Assembly (NCBI GenBank): GCA_963662585.1
Contig: OY759729.1
Span: 2,688,001-2,752,000 of the forward strand
From: Candidatus Cloacimonadales bacterium
Lineage (GTDB): Bacteria; Cloacimonadota; Cloacimonadia; Cloacimonadales; JAFGVF01
Length of the DNA: 64,000 nt
Reading direction: 5' to 3'
Each line of letters begins with the position of its first letter. The first letter of the stretch is position 1. Under the pieces are notes generated by a model. It was not told the origin of the DNA. It made no database searches and saw only the letters and a list, made by a program, of their open reading frames with translations. The position numbers and the translations under genes are program-made. Positions 18,826 to 29,700 of the stretch are shown piece by piece.

Positions 18826-19899
18826 TTGAAGTTATTTAAAGATATAAAGTTTAAGCATGTTGATAAGATAATAGATAAATCATTTAAACTTGATTCTGTG
18901 TTTTTGCACCATACAGGCTATATGTATGGTATAGGCACAAGTATTGATAGTGATGCCGGTATTGATAAAATTTCAAAATTAAAGTCTCGTGATTCTGCCA
19001 AAGGTTTTGTAGTATTAGTCTCTAATGTAGATGAAATACTTAATGTGGCAGATGATATTGATAGTAGAACTGAAAGATTATTGGAGCAATATTTACCTGG
19101 GAATGTTACTTTTGTTTTAAAATGTTCTGATCCTAGATTTAGAAAAGTGGCTCTTAACGGTACAGTTGCCTTTAGAGTTCCCCAAAATCCTGTACTCTGC
19201 CACTTTATCAATAAAATCGGTACTCCTATAGTAAGCACTAGTGTTAATAGGAATGGTTTACCCCCTGAAACAGATTTGAAGAAGATAGTGGCAGATTATG
19301 ATAGCTGGTTTGATTTTGGCTTCTCAACTGTTAAACATTTCCAATTGGCTGATGATCAGCCTTCTACGATAATTAAAATTGATGAAGATATAGAGTGTAT
19401 TCGTGAAGCTTCAGTGCCCTATTATGAAATCAAGCAGAGTTTTGATCAATCCATGATTCTCTTTGTTTGCACAGGTAATGTGTGTCGTTCTCCGATAGCA
19501 GAATATCTGTTAAGAAAGAAAATTATGGAAGAAGAGCTTCCTTATAGAACTGCTTCTGCTGGCGTTTTACAAGACGGAATGGTAATTTCATCTAATTCCT
19601 CAGTATTGCTAATTGAAAATGGAATGGATGCTACTGCCCATGTTTCTAGGAAATTAAATCTAGAGATAATCCGGGATAGTTGGTTAATTCTTACTATGGA
19701 AGAGAAACATAAACAATTTTTTGAAAAGAACTTTCCTCAGTATAGTCATAAAGTATATACTTTATTAGAGTTTTGTGGGGGAGAAGGTGATGTAGAAGAC
19801 CCTTATATGGAAAGTATTGAGAAATATAGAATAGCCTATAATATTATTGAAAAGAATATAGATTGCTTAATTGATATATTAAAAAAAGAGGTAAAATAG
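18826..19899 (+). CDS. TsaC/Sua5 (YwlC)-like threonylcarbamoyl-AMP synthase fused to a low-molecular-weight protein phosphatase
   Basis: N-terminal KSR, VAFRVP, STSVN; C-terminal ILFVCTGNVCRSPIAE and DVEDPY. TTG start inferred from GGGAG. Confidence 0.82.
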   Translation: MKLFKDIKFKHVDKIIDKSFKLDSVFLHHTGYMYGIGTSIDSDAGIDKISKLKSRDSAKGFVVLVSNVDEILNVADDIDSRTERLLEQYLPGNVTFVLKCSDPRFRKVALNGTVAFRVPQNPVLCHFINKIGTPIVSTSVNRNGLPPETDLKKIVADYDSWFDFGFSTVKHFQLADDQPSTIIKIDEDIECIREASVPYYEIKQSFDQSMILFVCTGNVCRSPIAEYLLRKKIMEEELPYRTASAGVLQDGMVISSNSSVLLIENGMDATAHVSRKLNLEIIRDSWLILTMEEKHKQFFEKNFPQYSHKVYTLLEFCGGEGDVEDPYMESIEKYRIAYNIIEKNIDCLIDILKKEVK

Positions 19900-22101
19900 A
19901 TGATTGAACCTAAGATTACGCCTGAGATTGTCCAAGAGCATGGAATTAACCAGGAGGAGTGGCAATTAATTTTAGAAACTTTAAAAAGAGAACCTAATTT
20001 CACTGAATTAGGTATTATCTCTGTGATGTGGTCGGAACATGCGAGTTACAAAAACTCTATCAAGTTAATTAAGACATTACCTAGAGATGGGGAAGCAATG
20101 TTAGCAAAAGCCGGTGATGAGAATGCTGGAGTTGTTGATATTGGCGATGGTTTAGCAGTTTCATTCAAGATAGAAAGTCATAATCACCCTTCAGCTGTAG
20201 AGCCTTATCATGGTGCAGCTACAGGAGTTGGTGGTATCTTGCGTGATATCTTTACAATGGGAGCAAGACCTGTTGCTGTTTTGGATTCACTAAGATTTGG
20301 CAATCCTAATGATAGTAATGTTAAATTCTTAATGCATGGTGTTGTTGATGGTATTGCTGATTATGGAAACTGTTTTGGAGTTCCTAATGTGGGTGGTGAA
20401 GTATATTTTGAAGATAGTTACTCAGGTAATCCACTAGTTAATGCTATGGCTGTAGGTGTTTTGAAACATGAAAATTTAGCTAAGTCAGGTGCTGAAGGTG
20501 TAGGTAATTTAGTAATGTATGTGGGAGCAAAAACAGGTAGAGATGGTATTCATGGTGCTACTTTTGCTTCAGTTGAGCTTACTGATGAATCTGAAGAGAA
20601 AAGAACAGCTGTTCAAGTTGGAGATCCTTTTATGGAGAAGCTTCTTTTAGAAGCGACTTTAGAGACAATTGAAGCAGGTGTAATTGTAGCCATCCAAGAT
20701 ATGGGGGCTGCCGGATTAACCTGTTCAAGTAGTGAAATGGCTGGCAAAACAGGTGTAGGTATTGAATTAGATGTTAATCTTGTACCTAAGCGTGAAAGCG
20801 GAATGACTCCTTATGAAGTTATGTTGTCAGAGTCTCAAGAAAGAATGTTGATGATTGTTGAAGCTCACAATGTTGAGAGAGTTCAAGCTATTTATGAAAA
20901 ATGGGATTTACATGCTGAAATTATTGGTAAAGTTACTGATGACGGTCTTTTAAGAGTTAAAGAGGGTGATAATATCAAAGCAGAGTTACCTGCAAGAATG
21001 TTAGTTCTTGGTGGTGATGCTCCTCAATATGTGCGGGAACAAAGAAAACCAGCCTATATTGATGAAGTTCAGCAGGCAGATTTATCTCAAGTGCCTGAAC
21101 CTACAGATTATAATGAAACTTTGTTAAAACTAATCTCTTCATATAATATTGCTTCTAAGAGAAGTATTTATAATCAATATGATCACATGGTTCAGATTAA
21201 TACAATGGTTGAGCCTGGTTCAGATGCTGGAGTTGTCCGCGTAAAAGATACCAATAAGGCCTTAGCTTTGTCTACTGACTGTAATGGTCGTCACTGCTGG
21301 TTAAACCCTTATGAAGGGGCTAAAGGTGCAGTAGCAGAGTCTGCTCGTAATGTAGTATGTAGTGGAGCTAAGCCTGTAGCAATTACTAATTGTTTGAACT
21401 TCGGAAATCCTTATAAACCAGAAGTTTATTGGACTTTTGCTGAAGCTATAAAGGGTATCGGAGATGCTTGTAGAGCATTTGATACTCCTGTTACTGGTGG
21501 AAATGTATCTTTCTACAATGAAAATCCAACTGCTGCTATTTATCCAACTCCTACTATTGGAATGTTAGGCATTGTTGAAGATAATACTAAAATCATGGAT
21601 CAATATTTCAAAGATGATGGTGATGTTATTATTCTGCTAGGAGATAAAGCTAGCAACATCGGTGGTTCAGAATATCTCAAAGAGATTCACGGTAAGATTT
21701 TAGGAAATGCTCCAGAAGTTGATTTAGCAAAAGAGAAAAGACTTTATGAGATAACCTTGAAATTAATAGATGAGAGATTAATTAAGTCAGCTCATGATTG
21801 TTCCGATGGTGGACTTGCTGTAACAATTGCAGAAAGTTGCTTTTTACCAAATAAGACCTTAAAAGGTGCTATAATTGATTTAGATTTTGAGAATAGAGCA
21901 GATGCTGAATTATTTGGTGAAGCACATTCTCGTATTGTTATCTCAACTGTTCCTGAGAATGTACCTATGATAATTGAACTTTGTGAAGACTTCACTTGTT
22001 CTGTTATCGGAGAAGTTTCAGGCGATAGATTTAATATAAACAATATTATCGATATAGCTATTGACGAATTATATTCTAAATGGTATAATAAAATTAAATA
22101 A
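19900..22101 (+). CDS. purL: Phosphoribosylformylglycinamidine synthase subunit PurL (small form)
   Basis: [54 protein letters not shown]. Confidence 0.96.
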   Translation: MIEPKITPEIVQEHGINQEEWQLILETLKREPNFTELGIISVMWSEHASYKNSIKLIKTLPRDGEAMLAKAGDENAGVVDIGDGLAVSFKIESHNHPSAVEPYHGAATGVGGILRDIFTMGARPVAVLDSLRFGNPNDSNVKFLMHGVVDGIADYGNCFGVPNVGGEVYFEDSYSGNPLVNAMAVGVLKHENLAKSGAEGVGNLVMYVGAKTGRDGIHGATFASVELTDESEEKRTAVQVGDPFMEKLLLEATLETIEAGVIVAIQDMGAAGLTCSSSEMAGKTGVGIELDVNLVPKRESGMTPYEVMLSESQERMLMIVEAHNVERVQAIYEKWDLHAEIIGKVTDDGLLRVKEGDNIKAELPARMLVLGGDAPQYVREQRKPAYIDEVQQADLSQVPEPTDYNETLLKLISSYNIASKRSIYNQYDHMVQINTMVEPGSDAGVVRVKDTNKALALSTDCNGRHCWLNPYEGAKGAVAESARNVVCSGAKPVAITNCLNFGNPYKPEVYWTFAEAIKGIGDACRAFDTPVTGGNVSFYNENPTAAIYPTPTIGMLGIVEDNTKIMDQYFKDDGDVIILLGDKASNIGGSEYLKEIHGKILGNAPEVDLAKEKRLYEITLKLIDERLIKSAHDCSDGGLAVTIAESCFLPNKTLKGAIIDLDFENRADAELFGEAHSRIVISTVPENVPMIIELCEDFTCSVIGEVSGDRFNINNIIDIAIDELYSKWYNKIK

Positions 22102-22116
22102 TATTTGACAGAAATT

Positions 22117-22161
22117 AAAAGAGACACAAATATAGGAATATTTATTGTGTCTCTTTTTTTT
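22117..22161 (+). terminator. Probable Rho-independent terminator after purL
   Basis: AAAAGAGACACA...TGTGTCTCTTTTTTTT. Confidence 0.65.
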
Positions 22162-22202
22162 AGAAGTGACAAACAAAAAAAACTAATTAAATTGGAGGAG
22201 GA

Positions 22203-22730
22203 ATGAAAATGAACTTTTTCTTTAGTGGACCCTTTTGGGGTGTTTTATTAATACTTTGGGGATTGTCTTTAGTGCTTAAAGGTTTTTTCCCAAGTATCCG
22301 CTTACCTCTTGGAACTATTTTTGTTTCAATATGTATAATTATATTTGGTGTTCAGTTATTAATGGGTGGTTTTGGTGATAGGAATAGACATAGAAGCAGA
22401 CATTCTGAAAGTGATATTAGTCATGGTTTTTCCGAGCGTCAAAGTGGTCAATTTTCTGAAGAATTAAATGTTGTTTTTTCCACTGATTCAATTAGAATGA
22501 GCAATATTGATCTTTCAAATCACGATAGGTTCGTAGATATAAATGCTGTCTTTGGCAAAGCTATTTTATATGTGGACCGTGATACACCAGTAAGGATAGA
22601 AGCTGATGCTGTTTTTGGCAAAGTATTTAAAGATTCAAGATTAAAATGGGCTTCTGGTGATGAGACTGCTTTGATAATTAAGGCAGAAGCTGTATTCGGA
22701 TCAGTTGATATTATAGTTTTAGATAGATAA
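22203..22730 (+). CDS. LiaF-like membrane protein (DUF5668/DUF2154 type)
   Basis: FWGVLLILWG transmembrane helices followed by repeated AVFG beta motifs. Confidence 0.7.
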   Translation: MKMNFFFSGPFWGVLLILWGLSLVLKGFFPSIRLPLGTIFVSICIIIFGVQLLMGGFGDRNRHRSRHSESDISHGFSERQSGQFSEELNVVFSTDSIRMSNIDLSNHDRFVDINAVFGKAILYVDRDTPVRIEADAVFGKVFKDSRLKWASGDETALIIKAEAVFGSVDIIVLDR

Positions 22731-24886
22731 TGAAAAAAATTGCTTTTATTCTCTTAATGATTTTTGTATATTCTTCTATTTATGCTGAAGATGTAAAAAT
22801 TGGCTTAGCATTGAGTGGTGGTGGAGCTCGAGGTCTCGCTCATATCGGTCTACTCAAAGTGATAGATGAAATTGGTTTAGAGGTAGATTATATATCCGGA
22901 ACCAGTTTCGGAGCTTTAATTGGAGGAATGTACTCCTTAGGTTATACTGGGCAAGAGATAGAAGCAATATTTCTTAAGTTTGACTTTAGAAGTCAGATAA
23001 GTGATTCTATAAGTAGAAGAGACCTCTTTATTGAAGAGAAAAGATGGCTAGATTACGGAGTGGTAAACTTCAATATTGATGAAGATTTATCTCTAAATAT
23101 TCCGATGTCAATACTTTCAGGAAATAATATGCTCCAGAAGTTAGCAAAGTACTTAAACAGAGGAATATATTATCAAACTTTTGATGATTTTCCTATTCCT
23201 TTTAGATGTAATGCAACTAATCTAACTACTGGTGAAAGTGTAACTTTTAAACAAGGTAACTTGATAGATGTTGTAAGAGCTTCCATGGCATTTCCTACTT
23301 TGTTAGAACCATTTGAAGTTAATGGTGACCTTTTTGTAGATGGGGGAGTTAAGGATAATCTTCCTGTCCAGGCTTTAACAGATATGGGATCTAATTACAT
23401 TATTGCCAATAAAGTAAACACTCCTCTCAAAGGGAAGGATGAATGTGAGGATTTTATTGCTGTGTTAAATCAAACCATCAACATCAATATGAATGTCTGG
23501 GTTGATGAAGCAGTAAGGAAGTCGGATTTAGTGATCCTTCCTGAATTAAATAGTTATAACAATGCCAGTTTTGATGAAATGCAAGATATTATTAGATTGG
23601 GAGAAGAGGCTGCACGAGAAAATATCACTGAATTACTTAGATTAAAATCCTTACAAGATAAAAGTAAAACAAGAAAGCATAGCTTTAAACTTCCTGAGCA
23701 ATTCTTTGTGAATACTATCACAACTTCTGGCAATACCACAATTCATAGTTCTAAAATCAAGCTTTATTCTGGACTTAAAGATGGTAATTATTACTCTTAT
23801 AATGATATCTTAGAGGCATCTAAAAAGTGCTATAATACTAAGTTCTTCCACTGGGTTTATCCTAAGTTAAGTTATGATAATAGTAACTACAATTTAGAAT
23901 TTGTTGTTAAAGAGAAAGCTAATAGCCTTTTAAGTGTGGATGTTATCTACGATACTTCAGATGATTTGATAGCTCGTGCGACTACTACAATGAATAATGT
24001 TCTGCAAAAGAACTCAAAATTACTTGCTAGTATTCAATTAGGTGGAATAAACTCATTAACCTTTGATTATGTGAAGAACTTTGGCGATTTATATGGTGCT
24101 TATTACCATGTTTTCCCTTATCTTGAAGAGATAAAAATGTATAATTACAACTTTGAAGGGAATAAAAGCAGTAGAATCAAGAAGTTGGAGTATGGCTTAA
24201 ACCTGGGAGTAGGTTTTTTTCTTAAGGATATTTTAGTAGGAGAGGGTTATCTCTTCGGATATAGAAGTCGTTTGTACCAAGATGTGGCTGAATTAGATTT
24301 GCCTCAAAGAAAGTTTAAAGCTTTCGGAGTTGGGGTTAAAGCATATCATGAAAGCATTGATGATTTGAACTTTCCTTCCAAGGGAAATAGGGTAATGATA
24401 AGTTATAGGAAAGCCCTAGATTCATCTCTTTCTGATGAGTCTTTCGAAAAGGTTTATTTTGACCTTTTTAAAGCACTTCCCCTCAATTCTAATTTATCTC
24501 TTCAAGTCGGTATGGAAGCTGGAGCACTTAGAAATGCCTATTTAGCTACAATATTTTCTCCTTTCCAAGTAGGTGGTATTGATTCTTTTACAGGTATGGA
24601 TAGACATAGTCTCAATTATGAAGCTTATCAAAATAACAGAATTGGTCTTTTATATAATTATAAAAAGAGATATTTTATCAATATGAGCCTTCAATACCTC
24701 TATAAAGGGGATTTGAAGGAGGCTGGGCAATCCATTATCTCAGATAATGTTTTAGATTTAACTCTAGGCTATAAATCGCCAATTGGTCCTTTGAGGATTA
24801 CTGTTGCACATGACTTTGTAGAAAAATTTAACTATTTTATTTCTTTTGGATTTACTAAAGATATATTTAAGTTCTCAAAAAATTAG
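22730..24886 (+). CDS. Patatin-like phospholipase with POTRA and Omp85-like barrel (PlpD / type Vd-like)
   Basis: Signal peptide; LSGGGARGLAHIG, GTSFG, VDGG; POTRA-like segment; C-terminal SPIGPL...YFISFGF. Confidence 0.85.
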   Translation: MKKIAFILLMIFVYSSIYAEDVKIGLALSGGGARGLAHIGLLKVIDEIGLEVDYISGTSFGALIGGMYSLGYTGQEIEAIFLKFDFRSQISDSISRRDLFIEEKRWLDYGVVNFNIDEDLSLNIPMSILSGNNMLQKLAKYLNRGIYYQTFDDFPIPFRCNATNLTTGESVTFKQGNLIDVVRASMAFPTLLEPFEVNGDLFVDGGVKDNLPVQALTDMGSNYIIANKVNTPLKGKDECEDFIAVLNQTININMNVWVDEAVRKSDLVILPELNSYNNASFDEMQDIIRLGEEAARENITELLRLKSLQDKSKTRKHSFKLPEQFFVNTITTSGNTTIHSSKIKLYSGLKDGNYYSYNDILEASKKCYNTKFFHWVYPKLSYDNSNYNLEFVVKEKANSLLSVDVIYDTSDDLIARATTTMNNVLQKNSKLLASIQLGGINSLTFDYVKNFGDLYGAYYHVFPYLEEIKMYNYNFEGNKSSRIKKLEYGLNLGVGFFLKDILVGEGYLFGYRSRLYQDVAELDLPQRKFKAFGVGVKAYHESIDDLNFPSKGNRVMISYRKALDSSLSDESFEKVYFDLFKALPLNSNLSLQVGMEAGALRNAYLATIFSPFQVGGIDSFTGMDRHSLNYEAYQNNRIGLLYNYKKRYFINMSLQYLYKGDLKEAGQSIISDNVLDLTLGYKSPIGPLRITVAHDFVEKFNYFISFGFTKDIFKFSKN

Positions 24887-24894
24887 GAGGAATT

Positions 24895-25878
24895 ATGATT
24901 CCGGTTATTGATCTTCATGCTGATACATATATGAAAAAAGATATATTTAACACTCTTCCATGGATAAGAAAAGCATTTTTTAAAATGCCTCATGAACAAG
25001 AAAAAGAGACTCAATTCTCTGAAGATATTACTAAAGAGGCGATCATAGGTGGGAATGTTAAACTTCAAACTCAATCACTTTTTATTGGTCAATTAGGTAT
25101 TACTAATCCCCTACATAATGGACTTAAAATGCTTGCTAATATCAAGCGGGATATTAAAGCTGATTCTAACTTGTATCAATACTATACTATAGAGGATTTT
25201 TATCATAATCACGATAAGTACGGTACCCTGATCTCCATTGAAGGTTTAGAATTAATAGCCAATGATTTAGACCTTTTGGATATATACACGGAACTGGGAG
25301 TAAGAATGATAGCTCCAACATGGAATCGTGCTTTACCTTATGTTGGTTCTGCTGTGGAACCTTATGGGATTTTGGAGCAAGGAAGGCAGTTAGCTGATAA
25401 AATTAATGAGTTAAATCTAATTTTTGATGTCTCTCATATTTCTGATCAAGGCTTTTGGGATTACTTGGATATATTACAAGTACCAATTATTGCTTCTCAT
25501 TCAAATTATCGTAAGGTTGTCCCTCATGAGAGAAATCTTTCAGAAGAGATGATCAAAGAGATTGATGATCGAGGTGGTGTTATGGGTTTAAACTTCTATC
25601 CTGATTTTATGAAGACTTCTCAGATAAAAATATATGAAGATTACCCTCTAGGATATTCTGCAATCTACAATATGCTTGATGCTATTATCTCTGATTTTGG
25701 CGATGATATAGTTGCTTTTGGTTCGGACTTTGATGGCATTTCTAAATATTTGGAAGGAGTTAAAAACCCAGGATTTTATCAGCATTTTGCTAACTTCCTA
25801 AGAGAAAGAAAAGTATCTGAAAACACTATTGAAAAGCTATTCTATAAAAACGCTTTGCGTGTTTTAGAAATGATATGA
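24895..25878 (+). CDS. Membrane dipeptidase (M19 family)
   Basis: IDLHADT, SIEG, TWN, DVSH, ASHSN, RNLS, GSDFDG. Confidence 0.9.
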   Translation: MIPVIDLHADTYMKKDIFNTLPWIRKAFFKMPHEQEKETQFSEDITKEAIIGGNVKLQTQSLFIGQLGITNPLHNGLKMLANIKRDIKADSNLYQYYTIEDFYHNHDKYGTLISIEGLELIANDLDLLDIYTELGVRMIAPTWNRALPYVGSAVEPYGILEQGRQLADKINELNLIFDVSHISDQGFWDYLDILQVPIIASHSNYRKVVPHERNLSEEMIKEIDDRGGVMGLNFYPDFMKTSQIKIYEDYPLGYSAIYNMLDAIISDFGDDIVAFGSDFDGISKYLEGVKNPGFYQHFANFLRERKVSENTIEKLFYKNALRVLEMI

Positions 25879-25885
25879 GGTGATT

Positions 25886-26452
25886 ATGGAAAGATGTAGT
25901 TGGTCCTTATCTGACCCTTTATATATAAAATACCATGATGAAGAGTGGGGAACTCCCCTTAAAGATGATCAAATGTTATACGAATTTTTAGTACTAGAGA
26001 GTATGCAGGCTGGACTTAGCTGGTTAACTATTCTCAAGAAGAGAGAGAACTTTAGACAAGCTTTTGCTAATTTCGACATAAAAGAAGTTGCAAGTTTTAC
26101 TGAAGTCAATATCCAAGAACTGCTCAATAACAAGGGAATTATCAGAAACAATCTTAAAATAAAGGCAGCTATTAATAATGCTAAGAAAGTATTAGAACTC
26201 CAACAAGAATTTGGCTCCTTCGCAGATTACTTATGGGGTTTTGTAGATCATAAAACAATTGTTAATAAATTTCATAGTATTTTAGATATTCCAACTTCTA
26301 CTTCATTATCAGATAAAATTTCTAAAGACTTAAAAAAGAGAGGTTTTAAGTTTATTGGTACAACTATTATCTACTCTTTTATGCAAGCTGTAGGTATGGT
26401 AAATGACCATGTTGTAGATTGTTATCGTTACAAAGAACTAAATGGATATTGA
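25886..26452 (+). CDS. tag: DNA-3-methyladenine glycosylase I
   Basis: RCSW..YHDEEWG, LESMQAGLSW, IIRNNLKI, MQAVGMVNDH..C. Confidence 0.95.
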   Translation: MERCSWSLSDPLYIKYHDEEWGTPLKDDQMLYEFLVLESMQAGLSWLTILKKRENFRQAFANFDIKEVASFTEVNIQELLNNKGIIRNNLKIKAAINNAKKVLELQQEFGSFADYLWGFVDHKTIVNKFHSILDIPTSTSLSDKISKDLKKRGFKFIGTTIIYSFMQAVGMVNDHVVDCYRYKELNGY

Positions 26453-26502
26453 AATAGAGATTGAATTTATTTAATATTATTTGCCTATGTTAATAAAGTC
26501 AG

Positions 26503-26579
26503 TGGCGTCCCCGATGCGATTCGAACGCATGACCTTCTGTTCCGGAGACAAACACTCTATCCAGCTGAGCTACGGGGAC
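26503..26579 (-). tRNA. tRNA-Arg (CCG)
   Basis: Minus strand GTCCCCGTAGCTCAGCTGGATAGAGTGTTTGTCT-CCG-GAACAGAAGGTCATGCGTTCGAATCGCATCGGGGACGCCA; cloverleaf with encoded CCA. Confidence 0.96.
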
Positions 26580-26741
26580 ACTAATTGCTTGATAATAGAG
26601 CTTAGTATATTTGTCAAGAGCAAAGTTATCTTTAACAAAAACATTTTTAGGTCGTTATTGATAAAGAAATAAAAATAAAAATTGACGGGATTATAATTAA
26701 TTAGTAATATGACTTAGATAAGATAACTATTGGAGATAATA

Positions 26742-29700
26742 ATGAACAGATATAAAGGACATAAATCTAGGAAAAAAACAAATAAAAAGATATTAAACAA
26801 GCATTTGAGAAAAAGTACTATTATGGGAGATATCTTTAAATCTGTTCTCTTATCCGCCTTTGCAACCCTTTTTGTGTTATTGTGTACTTTAGGTTACTAT
26901 ATGTATCAGCGAAATATCAAGTATTCTGTATCTATGCTGGAAGAAGAAACCAATTCAATAACTGTAGAAACTGATCACTATTTCAAAGATATTATGACAA
27001 TTATGGATATTTTATCCTATTCCCAATGCCTTTATGAAGCCAATGAATCTCCTGAGAAACGAGAATTGCTTCTTGAAATGATTTCTGATATTGAAAAGAA
27101 TAAGTATAATATAAACAGTCTTTTCATTGGCTATACAGATTCTTTCTTTTTGACAGATAAGAATATTTTCCCTGAAAATTATAATTTCCAAGAATCACAA
27201 TGGTATAAAGATGCCCTTATCACCCACGATAGTAATTATAGTGTAGGAAAGTTCTCAAATCTTACAAAAGGGGATACACCAAAGTTCTTTATTAGTAAAT
27301 CATTTTCTCAAGATGGTGTCAAAAGGGGAGTTATCGGTGTAGATTGTATCTTAGACCCTGTATATAATCTTTTTGGTTCAAAATCCTTGTTTGAATCAAA
27401 AACTGTTATGTTAGTTAATAGTGTAGATCAACTTATTTTAAGTAAAAATCCTACCATGGTTGATGAAATGATTTTAGCTAATCACCCCGAAATGTTTAAT
27501 TCAAAAAAAACTTCCTTCAAGATAAGCCAAGGTAGAGATAAGTTTCTTGTTTATTCTCATCAACTAGTACATAGCGATTGGTTTTTAGTAAGTAAGATAA
27601 ATTTTTCTGAAATTACTTCACCTATTCTCCCCCGAGTACTCATTCTCTCTATAGCATTAATTATAATCACTATTGTTGTTTCAAAAATCTACTCTATAGT
27701 CTTAGGAAGAACAATTGCCAAGCCTGTTCTAGAAGTTAGTTTAGCCCTTCAAAGCCTTGCTAAAGGAAATCGAAATATAGATCCCATCGAAAAATATCCC
27801 CAAAATGAAATCGGGATGATGGCGAAGAGTTTCAATACTTTTTTGAAGAATACTGAGATTTTGAAAGCAGATATTAATGAACTTAAAGAGACTAAAGCAG
27901 ATTTATCATATTCTCTTTCTTTGCTAAATGCATCCCTAGAATCTACAGATGATGGTATTTTGATTATTAACAATAATGGGTACATAACCAAATGGAATCA
28001 GCGATTTTTAGAAATTTGGGGAATCACTGATGAAGAAATACACTCAAGGGTTGATGCGAATTTACTACCAAGAGTCGAAGATAAAATCATCAATGCAGAT
28101 GAATTTATTAGCCAAATTAACAAGGTTATGGAAAATCCTAAAATGGTTAGTTTTGATATTGTTGAATTTAAAAATGGTACAGTCATAGAACGCTATTCTT
28201 ATCCACAGCAAGTAGAAGATAAGATAGTTGGAAGAGTGTGGAGATATAGAGATATTACCCAGATAAGAAAATCAGAATTACTCCTCAAAGATAGTGAAGA
28301 GAAACACAGAGTGATGTTCACTCAAACTGTAGATGCTTATTGTATTATTGATAATGGTGTGTTTACTGAAGTTAATCATGCCGCTGATAAAATGCTTAAT
28401 TCCCCCAAAGGTTGGCTAGCGGGTAAAACCCCAGAGGAAATTTCACCTGAGTATCAACCGGATGGTAAACTTTCTAGGATAAGTGCTGCTGAACATATTG
28501 AGATGGTTAAACAGAAAGGAAAACATAGTTTTGATTGGATTCATCTTCGTTATGATGGTAGCCAATTTCCTGCTGAGATTACTTTAATAACAATTAAATT
28601 AAAAGAAAAGAATTTGATTCTTGCCATCTGGAAGGATGTTACAGAAGAGAGAGAAATTGCTGAAAAGCTTAAAATAAGTGAAAAGAACTTCCGCTTGTTC
28701 TTTGAAACTATGGAAGATATGATATTTATCAGTGATTATCAAGGAAAATTAAAATACACTAATAGGATCGTTTCTGAAAAATTGGGATATAGTTTTGATG
28801 AACTTAAGGATATGACTATTATTGATCTTCACGAAAATAATGATGGTCCTAGCTTAAATGAAATAATGACCTATCTAATTGATGGTAATGGTGTTAATTG
28901 TCCACTACCAGTCAAAAGAAAAGATGGAGATCTTATAGGAGTAGAAACTAGGACTTGGCTAGGAAAATGGAATGGTGAGGAATGTCTTTTTGGTATTAGT
29001 AAAGATATATCCAAGCAACAAGAAGCCTTGATGAATTTTAATAAGATCTTTGAAAGTAATCCTGCCTTAATGGCTCTTTCAAGTTATCCTGAAAGGCGTT
29101 TTATTGATGTTAATAATAGTTTCTGTAAGACTTTAGGATATAACAAAGAAGATGTTTTGGGGAAAACAACTCAAGAACTGAATTTAACTATGGAAATGGG
29201 AAAGCTAGATAGAGCTTCATCCAAATTACTTGCAGAAGGTAATTTTACTAATCTCCAATTAAAAGTTTCTAAAAGAGATGGTAGAATAATAGAAGGACTC
29301 TTCTCAGGCGAATTAATTGAAACAAATGGTAAGAAGTTCTTTTTAACTGTAATGACTGATATTACAAACATGAAAAAACTAGATAGGAAGCTAAGAGTAT
29401 CAGAAAGGAAATATAGGTTACTTTTTGAGAACATGACAACTGGTTTTGCTTTACATGAAATGATCTATGATGAAGATGGCAAAGCCATTGATTATAGGTT
29501 TCTAGATATTAATCCTGCTTTCGAAGAATACACAGGAGCTAAAGCTGAACAACTTATTGGTAGGACTGTCAAAGAGGTATTTCCTCAGACAGAAGATTAC
29601 TGGATAGATACTTATGGTAAAGTGGCAAAAACAGGTGAATCAATCAATTATGAACAGTATTCTCAGGAATTTGGTAAGTACTTTGAAGTAAAAGCTTTTT

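Noticed and set aside
26503..26579. tRNA-anchored genomic island
   Set aside because: No integrase and no duplicated tRNA 3' end were seen in the window.
26481..26672. 63-aa ORF
   Set aside because: It is antisense to tRNA-Arg.
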